A program made the translations under genes and the position numbers. Shown in pieces: positions 27,700-36,753 of a DNA stretch of 64,000 nucleotides. The DNA comes from an uncultured Gammaproteobacteria bacterium (lineage in GTDB: Bacteria; Pseudomonadota; Gammaproteobacteria; DSM-16500), in contig CBFGYM010000002.1 of NCBI GenBank assembly GCA_965653045.1, positions 2,192 to 66,191 on the forward strand, in the 5' to 3' direction. The stretch's first letter is position 1; each line of letters starts with the position of its first letter. The notes below the pieces were generated by a model. The model saw only the letters and a list, made by a program, of their open reading frames with translations. It searched no databases and was not told the origin of the DNA.

Positions 27700-28158
27700 T
27701 TATCGTGGTAAAGGTTTAGGGTTGAATTTCGGGGTAAAATCGGGCGCATGCGTTAAACGATATTGATTTTCTAATTCGTTACGATCAGCCTCATTGGTAT
27801 TGGCAATATTATCACTCGGCAAGACATTCACTTGCGGGTCTATGCCGCTGAATTGGGCTTTATCACTTAAAATAGGGTGTGCGCGGTAGGTGCTGTTCAT
27901 ACCGTTGCCGCGTGATTCACGAAATTGGTTTAAGGGGATTTTTCCCTCTTTCATTTGTTGACGTTGGTCGCGCAATTCTTTTTGTTTTTTAACGCGATTT
28001 TCATGCCCATCACGGTGAACAGCTAATAAACGACGTTTTTCATCAGGCGGTAATAGATCATCCCGGAGGGATTCTGTGCCGACAAACCCCCGAAATTTTA
28101 CTTCTCCACCCCGCCCCCCGGCGCCAGATTCATCGTCTTTATCTTTATTATCAATCAT
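27700..28158 (-). CDS. hypothetical charged/disordered protein
   Basis: 152-aa ORF located 6 nt upstream of the ankyrin gene on the same strand. Rich in D/E/K/R/G, with no recognisable motif. Confidence 0.45.
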   Translation of the reverse strand: MIDNKDKDDESGAGGRGGEVKFRGFVGTESLRDDLLPPDEKRRLLAVHRDGHENRVKKQKELRDQRQQMKEGKIPLNQFRESRGNGMNSTYRAHPILSDKAQFSGIDPQVNVLPSDNIANTNEADRNELENQYRLTHAPDFTPKFNPKPLPR

Positions 28159-28231
28159 TTAGCACTTCTCGTTTTTGTTGGGTTTCTTGTTGAATTATAG
28201 CATTTTTTAATGAAAAACGGCCTGACTTTCA

Positions 28232-28415
28232 AATTTCGTGCTAGTCTCAAACGAAGCGTAGGGCGTGATTAGCGGCATGTTTTTCGCCGCGTAATCCGCC
28301 AACCTTAAAAGCTTTTAAAATTTAAAAAGCTTTAATCGTTGGCGGATTACGTCAAACGTAAAAAACACGTTTGCCTAATCACGCCCTACGCTTCGTTTGA
28401 GACTAGCACGAAATT
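28232..28415. repeat. 184-bp nested palindrome (MITE/REP-like, possible bidirectional terminator)
   Basis: The 41-nt arms 28232-28272 (aatttcgtgctagtctcaaacgaagcgtagggcgtgattag) and 28375-28415 are perfect reverse complements. An inner pair is cgtaatccgccaac / gttggcggattacg. The AT-rich palindromic centre is aaaagcttttaaaatttaaaaagcttt. Confidence 0.9.
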
Positions 28416-28422
28416 AGCGTTA

Positions 28423-30372
28423 TCAAATATTCATCGGTAAAATCACCATCTCCTTCCCATGAAAGTGTAAAACGCGTTGCAGGGTAATTGCGGTTTCATT
28501 GTGGAGCAGGCGTGTGACAAAATTATCGCGCTCAAAAATCAGCTTACACGAAAAGAAAATCGCATTTTCATAATGCTGGGTAATGGTTTCCGCCAATCGA
28601 GCCAACTCTTCTACCGTATCTGTCCCAAACGCCGCATAAGCTTCCGCCGCTAATCCATATTGCTGACAATACGCCACAAAATAATTCAAACGTGCATTCA
28701 CTTCTTCGCGCATAGACTCAAGCTTACCCTGCCCCGCAAAACTCTCCACATCTACAATGCCCGCACTCACAAAAATAAAATTTTTAAAATGATGCGGAAA
28801 CAACCGTATCACATTCAACAACGTGTGCATCGCCACACCCGTACTTTTACCGACAAAAATAACCGCCGTTGGCAAACTGGCATCCAACTGTGTTTTTTGC
28901 AAAGGTAAATTAATGGGTTGATTCAACTGCACATCAATCGCGCGTAACTTGTCGCTCAGCCTGTCGTAATGTCGTTTAATCCATAAACACGTCACCACCA
29001 CCGCAAACGTAATTAACACGGTCAACCAACCGCCAGATTCAAATTTTGAAATCAGCGTAATACACAAAATACTACTCGTAATAAAAAACGCAAACGCCGA
29101 TAAAGCCAAACGCCAGCGCCAACGTAACAAAGTTATCTTACGCTGTTTAATCCAATAAACACACAAACCTAGCAACGATAACGAAAAAGTAATAAACACA
29201 TTAATAGAATATAAAATTACTAACAGTGAAACTTTGCCACGGCACCAAAGCAAAATACCCATTGCGAAAATGCCAAATAATATCACGCCGTTTTGCACCA
29301 CTAAGCGCGTTGATAAATGCCGAAACCGATTCGGCATCCAACCATCAATTGCCATATTTGCAAGCACGGCGGGCCCTGCCAAAAACCCAGTGTTTGCCGC
29401 AACAAACAATAATCCGGCTTCTAGCAATAAAGTAATAAATAAGGCTGCGCGCCCCGCCTCAGAAGGTCCTAAAATTTGATGAAACACGACCGCATTTAAG
29501 GTTTGACCCGCTTGTGGCACCGGTTGCCACAATAAGAATAATAAAATCATGCCGGCTGCTGTCATACTCAAGGACAAAGCCATATACAACATTGTCCACT
29601 TACCCGTACTCACGCGTGGCTCACGCAAACGGTTCACATTATTTGAAACTGCTTCCAAGCCCGTATACGTACCACTCCCCAAGGAATAGGCATGCAACAC
29701 TAAGGCCAACACGGGTAGCAACCCTAAGGTTTGCACACTTCGCTTCGTATCATCCCACGTATTCGGAATAATTAAACTTAACCCTTGATGATGAATGGTG
29801 ATGCCGTAAAGAATTAAGCCCACATGCACCACAAAAAACCCTAAAAAAATCGGCATGAGAATCTTAATGGATTCTTTCATGCCTCGCATATTCAGTAAAA
29901 TCAGTAAAAAGATCACGCCGACTTCTGCTGCTAATTTATCAGCCTGGTGTGCCGCAGGAATTAAAGAATAAAACGCATCCATCGCACTCGCGGTTGAAAC
30001 CGCAATGGTTAAGGTATAGTCAACAATTAATGCAGCCCCGGAAATTAACCCTAAATGTTTACCGAGCAATTCAGATGCGACTTTATAACCACCACCGCCG
30101 CTTGGGAATAATTCAATGACTTGGTTATAGCCCACTGAAATCACAAATACAGTGATTGCCGTTGCAATTGCTATATACAATGCAAGATAGGTATGTGTCC
30201 CTAAGGCAATATACGCCTCTTCAGGGCCGTAACACGTTGAAGATAAACCATCAGCGCCCAACCCCACCCACGCGAGCAGGGCAATGAGCGACACATGTTT
30301 TAATATTTGCGGATTGAAAGGATTTAAAGGCTGTCCAACAATCGCTTCTTTCATCCGTGACAAAAAAGACAT
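28423..30372 (-). CDS. APC-superfamily permease with C-terminal cytoplasmic domain
   Basis: 649 aa. About 12 TM helices with an APC-like N-terminus (GLGADGLSSTCYGPEEAY), followed by a soluble C-terminal domain of about 170 aa. Confidence 0.65.
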   Translation of the reverse strand: MSFLSRMKEAIVGQPLNPFNPQILKHVSLIALLAWVGLGADGLSSTCYGPEEAYIALGTHTYLALYIAIATAITVFVISVGYNQVIELFPSGGGGYKVASELLGKHLGLISGAALIVDYTLTIAVSTASAMDAFYSLIPAAHQADKLAAEVGVIFLLILLNMRGMKESIKILMPIFLGFFVVHVGLILYGITIHHQGLSLIIPNTWDDTKRSVQTLGLLPVLALVLHAYSLGSGTYTGLEAVSNNVNRLREPRVSTGKWTMLYMALSLSMTAAGMILLFLLWQPVPQAGQTLNAVVFHQILGPSEAGRAALFITLLLEAGLLFVAANTGFLAGPAVLANMAIDGWMPNRFRHLSTRLVVQNGVILFGIFAMGILLWCRGKVSLLVILYSINVFITFSLSLLGLCVYWIKQRKITLLRWRWRLALSAFAFFITSSILCITLISKFESGGWLTVLITFAVVVTCLWIKRHYDRLSDKLRAIDVQLNQPINLPLQKTQLDASLPTAVIFVGKSTGVAMHTLLNVIRLFPHHFKNFIFVSAGIVDVESFAGQGKLESMREEVNARLNYFVAYCQQYGLAAEAYAAFGTDTVEELARLAETITQHYENAIFFSCKLIFERDNFVTRLLHNETAITLQRVLHFHGKEMVILPMNI

Positions 30373-30381
30373 GGGTAAACT

Positions 30382-31278
30382 CTATTTTTGTGAATTTAAA
30401 CGTGCAATGCGTTTCTCAATGGGCGGATGGGTTGAAAATAAACTCAACCACGAGGCTTTACTTTCAATTTTCAATGCCGCCAACGACGGTGCGCGATCAT
30501 CTTCTAAGGCAACCGTTGCACCTAAGCGTTGTAGTGCAGCAACCATATTGTTTGTGCCTGCCAATTTCGCACCGCCCGCATCCGCACGGTATTCACGATA
30601 ACGCGAAAAGGCCGCAACCAAAATTGACCCCAGCAGTGTAAATAATATATCGAAAATAAACGTGCAAATATAATAAGTAATATCAGACATGCCGCCTTCA
30701 CGTTCTTCTCCGCGTGATAAGGCAACCGCAATGGCATAAGCAAGAATGCGTGAAAAGAAAAGTGCAAACGCATTGATAATGCCTTGCAGCAAGGTCATCG
30801 TGACCATATCGCCGTTCGCAATGTGTGAAATTTCATGCCCTAAAACACCTTCAATTTCAAGCCGATTCATGCCTGATAATAAACCAGAAGATACAGCCAC
30901 CAACGCATGACGCTGTGAAGGCCCCGTGGCAAAGGCATTGAGTTCAGATGAATGATATATGCCGACTTCAGGCATTGTCTTCAACCCAGCACGCTTGGAA
31001 AGATCACGCACAATTTCAAGTAAAAACTGTTCTTCACGGGTAGCCGCATTAGGTTGAATAATCACAACGCCCATTGCCATTTTTGCGATAAATTTGGATA
31101 ACAACAATGAAATAAGTGAACCACCCATGCCCCAAATTAAACAAAAAATAGCAAGTTGTTGGTAATTAATGCCGCGCGCGCTTAAATAACCGTGTAAACC
31201 CAGCGCGCTTGTGACGAGTGAAATAGTCGCGATAACTAATAAATTCGTGCCGAGAAATAACATAACGCGTTTTAACAT
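30382..31278 (-). CDS. htpX: protease HtpX (M48 zinc metalloprotease)
   Basis: 298 aa. HEISHIANGD zinc motif, four TM segments and typical HtpX length. Confidence 0.9.
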   Translation of the reverse strand: MLKRVMLFLGTNLLVIATISLVTSALGLHGYLSARGINYQQLAIFCLIWGMGGSLISLLLSKFIAKMAMGVVIIQPNAATREEQFLLEIVRDLSKRAGLKTMPEVGIYHSSELNAFATGPSQRHALVAVSSGLLSGMNRLEIEGVLGHEISHIANGDMVTMTLLQGIINAFALFFSRILAYAIAVALSRGEEREGGMSDITYYICTFIFDILFTLLGSILVAAFSRYREYRADAGGAKLAGTNNMVAALQRLGATVALEDDRAPSLAALKIESKASWLSLFSTHPPIEKRIARLNSQK

Positions 31279-31313
31279 AAGTTCACCTCATATCTATTGA
31301 TGGCATTGTACAC

Positions 31314-32075
31314 CTATTTTGGTTGTAAGCGAATACCGCCATCTAAGCGGATAGTTTCACCATTCAACATGCAATTTTCGATAATTTGCTGCGCTAGCAT
31401 TGCGACTTCATCCGGTTCTGCCAACCGTTTCGGGAACGGCACGGCTTCTGACAGTTTTGCTTTGGCATCGGCGGAAAGTTGTTCAAACATGGGTGTGTTG
31501 ACAAGACCCGGTGCAATGCCCATCACACGAATACCAAATTGCGCCAATTCACGTGCAGCCGGTAAAATCATACCGACAATTGCACCCTTAGAAGCGCTAT
31601 AGGCCGTTTGCCCAATTTGACCTTCAAAGGCAGCTACCGATGCAATATTAATAATGACACCACGCTCACCCGTCGGCAGTGGGTTGGATGGAATCATTGC
31701 AGCGGCGGTCAAGCGCATCATATTGAAGGTGCCAACAACATTCACTTGCAAGACTTTCTGATATTCTTCCAGGGGCATGGGACCTTGTTGATTGACCATG
31801 CGGCGCGTGTGCAAGATGCCTGCACAGTTAATGAGTATGCGGATATCGCCGTGAGCCGCTTGGGCTTTGCTTAAAGCGTCTTGAACGCTCGCTTCATTGG
31901 TCACATCACAGGCAATGCCTAAGCCGCCGATAGATTTTGCGACTTGCGCTACTTTTTCGAGGTTCACATCTAACAACGTGACTTTCGCGCCCTGTTGGCT
32001 CAAGCGTTGCGCCATCGCAGCGCCCATGCCGGAAGCACCGCCTGTAATAATGGCTGATTGATTTTGAAGGTGCAT
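31314..32075 (-). CDS. short-chain dehydrogenase, 3-hydroxyacyl-CoA dehydrogenase type-2-like
   Basis: TGGASGMG cofactor motif and the YSASK catalytic motif. The start at 32075 (MHLQNQSAIITGG) is preferred over 32108, which would leave only 26 nt to the divergent etfB. Confidence 0.75.
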   Translation of the reverse strand: MHLQNQSAIITGGASGMGAAMAQRLSQQGAKVTLLDVNLEKVAQVAKSIGGLGIACDVTNEASVQDALSKAQAAHGDIRILINCAGILHTRRMVNQQGPMPLEEYQKVLQVNVVGTFNMMRLTAAAMIPSNPLPTGERGVIINIASVAAFEGQIGQTAYSASKGAIVGMILPAARELAQFGIRVMGIAPGLVNTPMFEQLSADAKAKLSEAVPFPKRLAEPDEVAMLAQQIIENCMLNGETIRLDGGIRLQPK

Positions 32076-32134
32076 GATTTCATCCGTATTTAGTGTTAAT
32101 GTAATCATAGAATATACCCCCTAAGGAGTGTGCG

Positions 32135-32884
32135 GTGAAAGTATTAGTTGCGATTAAACGCGTGCCTGATTACAAAACAGTCATTCGTCTCAAGGCAGAT
32201 GGCAGCGAGGTTGAAACAGCCAATGTGAAAATGAGTGTTAATCCCTTCGATGAAATTGCAGTGGAAGCCGCGGTTCAGTTGAGAGAGCAAAATATTGCAA
32301 ATGAAGTGGTGGTGGTGAGCATTGGCACTGATGCAGTGCAAGAAAGTTTGCGGGCAATGTTAGCCTTGGGGGCTGATCGTGCCATTTTAATCAAAAAAGA
32401 GGGTTCTATTTCACCGCTGAAAACAGCGCACTATTTAAGAAAATTGGTAGAACAAGAAAAACCATCGTGTGTCATTCTTGGGAAACAAGCGATTGATAGC
32501 GACGATAATCAAGTCGGGCAAATGCTAGCAGGATTGTTGCGTTGGCCCCAAGGCACGTTTGCGTCTAAAATTGTGATGAATAATGATAAAGTGCATGTCA
32601 CACGTGAAATTGACGGTGGGCTGGAAACGTTATTATTGAAATTACCTGCGGTGATTACGACAGATTTGCGTTTAAATGAGCCGCGGTATTTATCGTTACC
32701 TAATATTATGAAAGCGAAAACGAAACGCTTAGATATGATTGCAGCGACTGATTTATTAGAAGACGCGACAGAGTCGCTACGCACCGTGAGCGTTGCAATG
32801 CCTGAGAAAAAACGGGCAGGCGTTAAGGTTGAAACGGTCGCGGAATTGGTGAAAAAATTGAAAGAAGAAGCGAAGGTGCTCTGA
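32135..32884 (+). CDS. etfB: electron transfer flavoprotein beta subunit
   Basis: MKVLVAIKRVPD... is a typical EtfB N-terminus. GTG start at 32135 behind an AAGGAG RBS (32123-32128). Confidence 0.9.
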   Translation: MKVLVAIKRVPDYKTVIRLKADGSEVETANVKMSVNPFDEIAVEAAVQLREQNIANEVVVVSIGTDAVQESLRAMLALGADRAILIKKEGSISPLKTAHYLRKLVEQEKPSCVILGKQAIDSDDNQVGQMLAGLLRWPQGTFASKIVMNNDKVHVTREIDGGLETLLLKLPAVITTDLRLNEPRYLSLPNIMKAKTKRLDMIAATDLLEDATESLRTVSVAMPEKKRAGVKVETVAELVKKLKEEAKVL

Positions 32885-33822
32885 TGACGATTTTAATTTT
32901 AGCAGAACATGATAATCAGCGGGTAAAATCAGCCACGTGGCATGTGATTACTGCGGCGAAAGTATTAGGTAGTGAAATTGATGTCTGTGTATTGGGGCAT
33001 CAGTGCGCAACGGTGGTGAGTGAATTACAACAATGTGCCGATGTACGCACGGTGTTAGTGGCTGATCATGCGGTGTATGCACATCAATTAGCGGAAAATT
33101 CAGCCGATGTGGTTGTGAGTTTAATGGAAGCGTATGATTATTTATTGGCGCCAGCAACCACGTTTGGGAAAAATGTGTTGCCGCGTATTGCTGCGTTGTT
33201 GAATGTGTCGATGGTGAGTGATGTGGTGAAGATCGTGTCGGCAAATACGTTTGTGCGGCCAATTTATGCGGGAAATGTGTTGGCAACGGTTGCCTTGGAT
33301 GATGCGAAAAAGTTAATGACCATTCGTGCGACGGCATTTCCGGCGGCTGTGATAGGCTCATCGCAAGCCAGTGTGAAGAAAATTGATGTCGTGGTTGAGA
33401 ATACGTTATCACAATTTGAAAATCAGTCGTTAACTAAGAGTGAACGGCCGGAATTAACCGCCGCGCGTGTGGTCGTGTCAGGTGGGCGCGGGTTAAAGAG
33501 TGCAGAGAATTTTCATTTGGTGGAGGAATTGGCTGATCAACTCGGAGCGGCTGTGGGCGCGTCTCGCGCAGCGGTTGATGCCGGGTTTGCACCGAATGAT
33601 TATCAAGTGGGGCAAACGGGTAAAGTGGTTGCCCCTGATTTATATATTGCGATTGGAATTTCGGGTGCGATTCAGCATGTGGCGGGGATGAAAGATAGTA
33701 AAATCATTGTAGCGATTAATAGCGACGCCGAAGCACCAATTTTTGAAGTCGCCGATTATGGGTTGGTGGGGGATTTGTTTACCGTGTTACCGGAATTGAA
33801 AAACACTTTGAAAACGACATAA
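32884..33822 (+). CDS. etfA: electron transfer flavoprotein alpha subunit
   Basis: 312 aa. FAD-binding region PDLYIAIGISGAIQHVAGM. Overlaps the etfB stop by 1 nt. Confidence 0.9.
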   Translation: MTILILAEHDNQRVKSATWHVITAAKVLGSEIDVCVLGHQCATVVSELQQCADVRTVLVADHAVYAHQLAENSADVVVSLMEAYDYLLAPATTFGKNVLPRIAALLNVSMVSDVVKIVSANTFVRPIYAGNVLATVALDDAKKLMTIRATAFPAAVIGSSQASVKKIDVVVENTLSQFENQSLTKSERPELTAARVVVSGGRGLKSAENFHLVEELADQLGAAVGASRAAVDAGFAPNDYQVGQTGKVVAPDLYIAIGISGAIQHVAGMKDSKIIVAINSDAEAPIFEVADYGLVGDLFTVLPELKNTLKTT

Positions 33823-33827
33823 ACGCA

Positions 33828-33854
33828 GCCTCCCTTGCCCAACACAAGGGAGGC
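33828..33854. terminator. stem-loop between convergent genes (putative bidirectional terminator)
   Basis: gcctcccttg (33828-33837), loop cccaaca, then caagggaggc (33845-33854): a perfect 10-bp GC-rich stem. Lies between the etfA stop and the stop of the convergent 503-aa ORF. Confidence 0.65.
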
Positions 33855-33866
33855 TCAGTCTTAAAA

Positions 33867-35378
33867 TCAAGGCAAAATCTGCGGCAAGCCTTGTATATCA
33901 CAAATTTTTTCTTTCTTTTCCATCGCAAAGATAAAATCAGGCAATGATATTAATGCCTTAATCCAGGCCACTTTGTTCTCATGATCAGGTTTATCTGACT
34001 CCAACGATACATACAAAGATAATAAGGACTGCAATCCTGCCGCCGTCATACTAAACGGCAATACCACAACCCCCATCGCACAATTCGCAATGGCATTCCC
34101 TATGCCCTCTAATACACTTGCAAATATCGTTGTTGTAATCGCTGGTAATAATTGGTCTCGTGCGATATGGCTCATCTGTGTTGCTATAATCGCACCCGAT
34201 GGGCCGAACACCACAAACCCCGCACTTCCTGCAGCGCTATCTAATAATGCACCGCCCATACTAGATAACACGGTTGGAATGACAAAATTTCGTGTTGCAC
34301 TCTGAAAAACTGATTTTACGCCAAATGTCGCTAAATAGGCTGTCATCGCATGTGTTTTCGATTGAATAAATCCCGGTTGATTTTTCTCTAACACTAAACT
34401 TGCTAATTCTTTTTCTACCCACACTTCCATTTCATTTAAACATTGCTCAGTCTCTTGAATTCCTATTATTTTACCAATCTCTAACAAGTGCGGTGATCTT
34501 TTGACTAATTCAATATGTTGCTTTAACATGCCTAATGCCATTTCTCGACTATCAATAGAAGCTGCGCCGTAGGAATTTAAATTCATTGCTTTCAATGCTA
34601 TTTTATATAACACACTATTAGGTTTTCTTAATTTACACTCTGCCTCAAGGCTTTTTAACAAATAAAACAAACACCCTTGTAATACTAAATTTGAGGGCAA
34701 ACAATTACCATCTTCGATATCAGATATTTTCTCTTGATAAATACCCTGCACACTTTCATACATCCATTTGATAAATTGAAGCGCACGTTCTCGCACAGGA
34801 TTAGGCCACCATCGATTAGCGGTTTCTTCACGATAGGCTTTCGGAATATCGATAAATGCTTTTTTAAAAACCTCAGGCACCGGTGGTTGTCTTAATAAGT
34901 TTTCAATTTTTTGATTTTGTTTTGCTAACTCAGCACGAATCACGCTAATAATATCTGCCAATAACGTTGATTTTTTCTGATAATTCACGGTGAACGATAA
35001 CTCATCTGGAAAGGTTTCACTGACGTGATGATAAAATTCGACTAAATGAATTAATATTTTTTCAGAAGAAGGCTGATGAGCATCCGTCCACAATAATGCG
35101 TTTTTAATTTTTTGTGTTAAACGACTATAATTTGGCAAGTAATGGTATTGACGGTCTATCAATGTCAACACAAATACATAAGCAGAAAACAAAACATTCT
35201 TTTTATCTTCATCTGTTGCACCACGCGCTTCAATGACTTGTTGCACAATCGATTTAATCAATTTAATGAGTTCAACGCGCGCCGGGTTAGGGTTGCTTAC
35301 GCTCAAATAAGACACTTCAATCTCATCAATCGCATCTATCATTGTGTTGACCGATGGCATTTCAAATGGCATAGCCAA
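33867..35378 (-). CDS. hypothetical protein with C-terminal Gly/Ala-rich hydrophobic region
   Basis: 503-aa ORF. The N-terminal 370 aa are helical with no recognised motif. The C-terminal region VIPTVLSSMGGALLDSAAGSAGFVVFGPSGAII...AIANCAMGVVVLPFSMTAAGLQSLL is hydrophobic. Confidence 0.55.
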   Translation of the reverse strand: MAMPFEMPSVNTMIDAIDEIEVSYLSVSNPNPARVELIKLIKSIVQQVIEARGATDEDKKNVLFSAYVFVLTLIDRQYHYLPNYSRLTQKIKNALLWTDAHQPSSEKILIHLVEFYHHVSETFPDELSFTVNYQKKSTLLADIISVIRAELAKQNQKIENLLRQPPVPEVFKKAFIDIPKAYREETANRWWPNPVRERALQFIKWMYESVQGIYQEKISDIEDGNCLPSNLVLQGCLFYLLKSLEAECKLRKPNSVLYKIALKAMNLNSYGAASIDSREMALGMLKQHIELVKRSPHLLEIGKIIGIQETEQCLNEMEVWVEKELASLVLEKNQPGFIQSKTHAMTAYLATFGVKSVFQSATRNFVIPTVLSSMGGALLDSAAGSAGFVVFGPSGAIIATQMSHIARDQLLPAITTTIFASVLEGIGNAIANCAMGVVVLPFSMTAAGLQSLLSLYVSLESDKPDHENKVAWIKALISLPDFIFAMEKKEKICDIQGLPQILP

Positions 35379-35565
35379 ACCTCCTCTGTCATGCGCTTTC
35401 TACCAGTGTATTCAATAATCATTAAGAAAATCTTATGACCGATTTTTTAATGTTATTAAATGCTCACTAGGGAAAGTAATGTTTATTAAAAACACATCTT
35501 GTTAAAAGTTGACATCAGATCGCGTCCTTGTCATCCTGAGACAACATTAGCGCAGGGAAGTTTTT

Positions 35566-36753
35566 ATGTCAAAACCAGATCCGATTGTTATTGTCAGCGC
35601 CATTCGTACGCCGATTGGAAATTTATTAGGCGAACTCACCGCAATCAACGCCACGACTTTAGGCAGCGAAGTCATCCGTGCAGCCATTCAACACGCCGCG
35701 CTCACCCCAGACGACATTGATGAAGTCTTCATGGGCTGCGTATTACCTGCCGGCCTTGGCCAAGCGCCCGCAAGACAAGCGGCACTTGGTGCAGGATTGC
35801 CAACCCATGTCCCGTGCACCACGCTGAATAAAGTCTGCGGGTCTGGCATGAAAGCCATCATGCTCGCACACGATGGCTTGCTTGCCGGGTCTTATGACGT
35901 TGTGGTTGCCGGCGGCATGGAGAGCATGACCAATGCCCCGTATTTATTGAAAAAAGCGCGCGCAGGCTATCGCCTCGGTCACGGTGAATTATTCGATCAT
36001 ATGATGCTTGATGGGTTAGAAGATGCGTATCAACCCGGTTGCTCTATGGGCTTTTTTGCCGAAGAATGTGCGAAAACCTTGCATATTAGTCGTGAAATGC
36101 AAGATGCTTACGCGAAACGCTCGTTTGAACGCGCAATACACGCAACAGAACACCATTTATTCGACGCTGAAATCACGCCCATTACTTTAAAAACGAAACA
36201 AGGTGACATCAGCATCACCAAAGACGAACACCCTTTCAGTGTTAACCTCGATAAAATGCCTAGCTTGAAGCCCGCGTTTATGACTGATGGAACCGTCACC
36301 GCTGGCAATTCCAGCTCAATTGCTGATGGTGCAGCTGCCTTGGTTTTAATGCGTGAATCAGAAGCGCTTAAACGCAACTTAAAACCCATTGCGATCATTC
36401 ATGCACACGCAAGTGCAGCAAAGGCGCCTTCCGAATTTACCACCGCACCCATTGACGCCGTGCATACATTGCTACAAAAATGTCATTGGACGATTGAAGA
36501 AGTCGATTTATACGAAGTGAATGAAGCCTTTGCTGTCGTTGCACTTGCCTTTATTCAGGCTTTAAATTTATCAGCTGATAAAGTCAACGTTCACGGTGGT
36601 GCTTGCGCACTCGGTCACCCCATTGGTGCAAGTGGTGCACGCATCGTCGTGACGCTATTAAACGCTTTAAAAACCCTCGGAAAAAAACGCGGCGTTGCGA
36701 CACTTTGCATCGGCGGCGGTGAAGCGACTGCACTCGCTGTGGAGTTATGCTAA
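35566..36753 (+). CDS. acetyl-CoA C-acetyltransferase (thiolase II)
   Basis: Active-site motifs LNKVCGSGMKA, NEAFA, GGACALGHPIGASGAR and CIGGGEA. Confidence 0.9.
   Translation: MSKPDPIVIVSAIRTPIGNLLGELTAINATTLGSEVIRAAIQHAALTPDDIDEVFMGCVLPAGLGQAPARQAALGAGLPTHVPCTTLNKVCGSGMKAIMLAHDGLLAGSYDVVVAGGMESMTNAPYLLKKARAGYRLGHGELFDHMMLDGLEDAYQPGCSMGFFAEECAKTLHISREMQDAYAKRSFERAIHATEHHLFDAEITPITLKTKQGDISITKDEHPFSVNLDKMPSLKPAFMTDGTVTAGNSSSIADGAAALVLMRESEALKRNLKPIAIIHAHASAAKAPSEFTTAPIDAVHTLLQKCHWTIEEVDLYEVNEAFAVVALAFIQALNLSADKVNVHGGACALGHPIGASGARIVVTLLNALKTLGKKRGVATLCIGGGEATALAVELC

Noticed and set aside
19700-28420. I looked for integrase genes, tRNA genes or long direct repeats that would define the accessory island as a classical genomic island.
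   Set aside because: None were found by eye. Only the IS3 remnant, the REP-like arrays and the 184-bp palindrome mark the boundaries, so no mobile-element call is made for the island as a whole.
35499-35720. Track ORF 35499-35720(+), a 73-aa Arg/His-rich ORF.
   Set aside because: It overlaps the thiolase start in another frame and has an implausible composition. The region upstream of 35566 is better explained as the thiolase promoter and leader.
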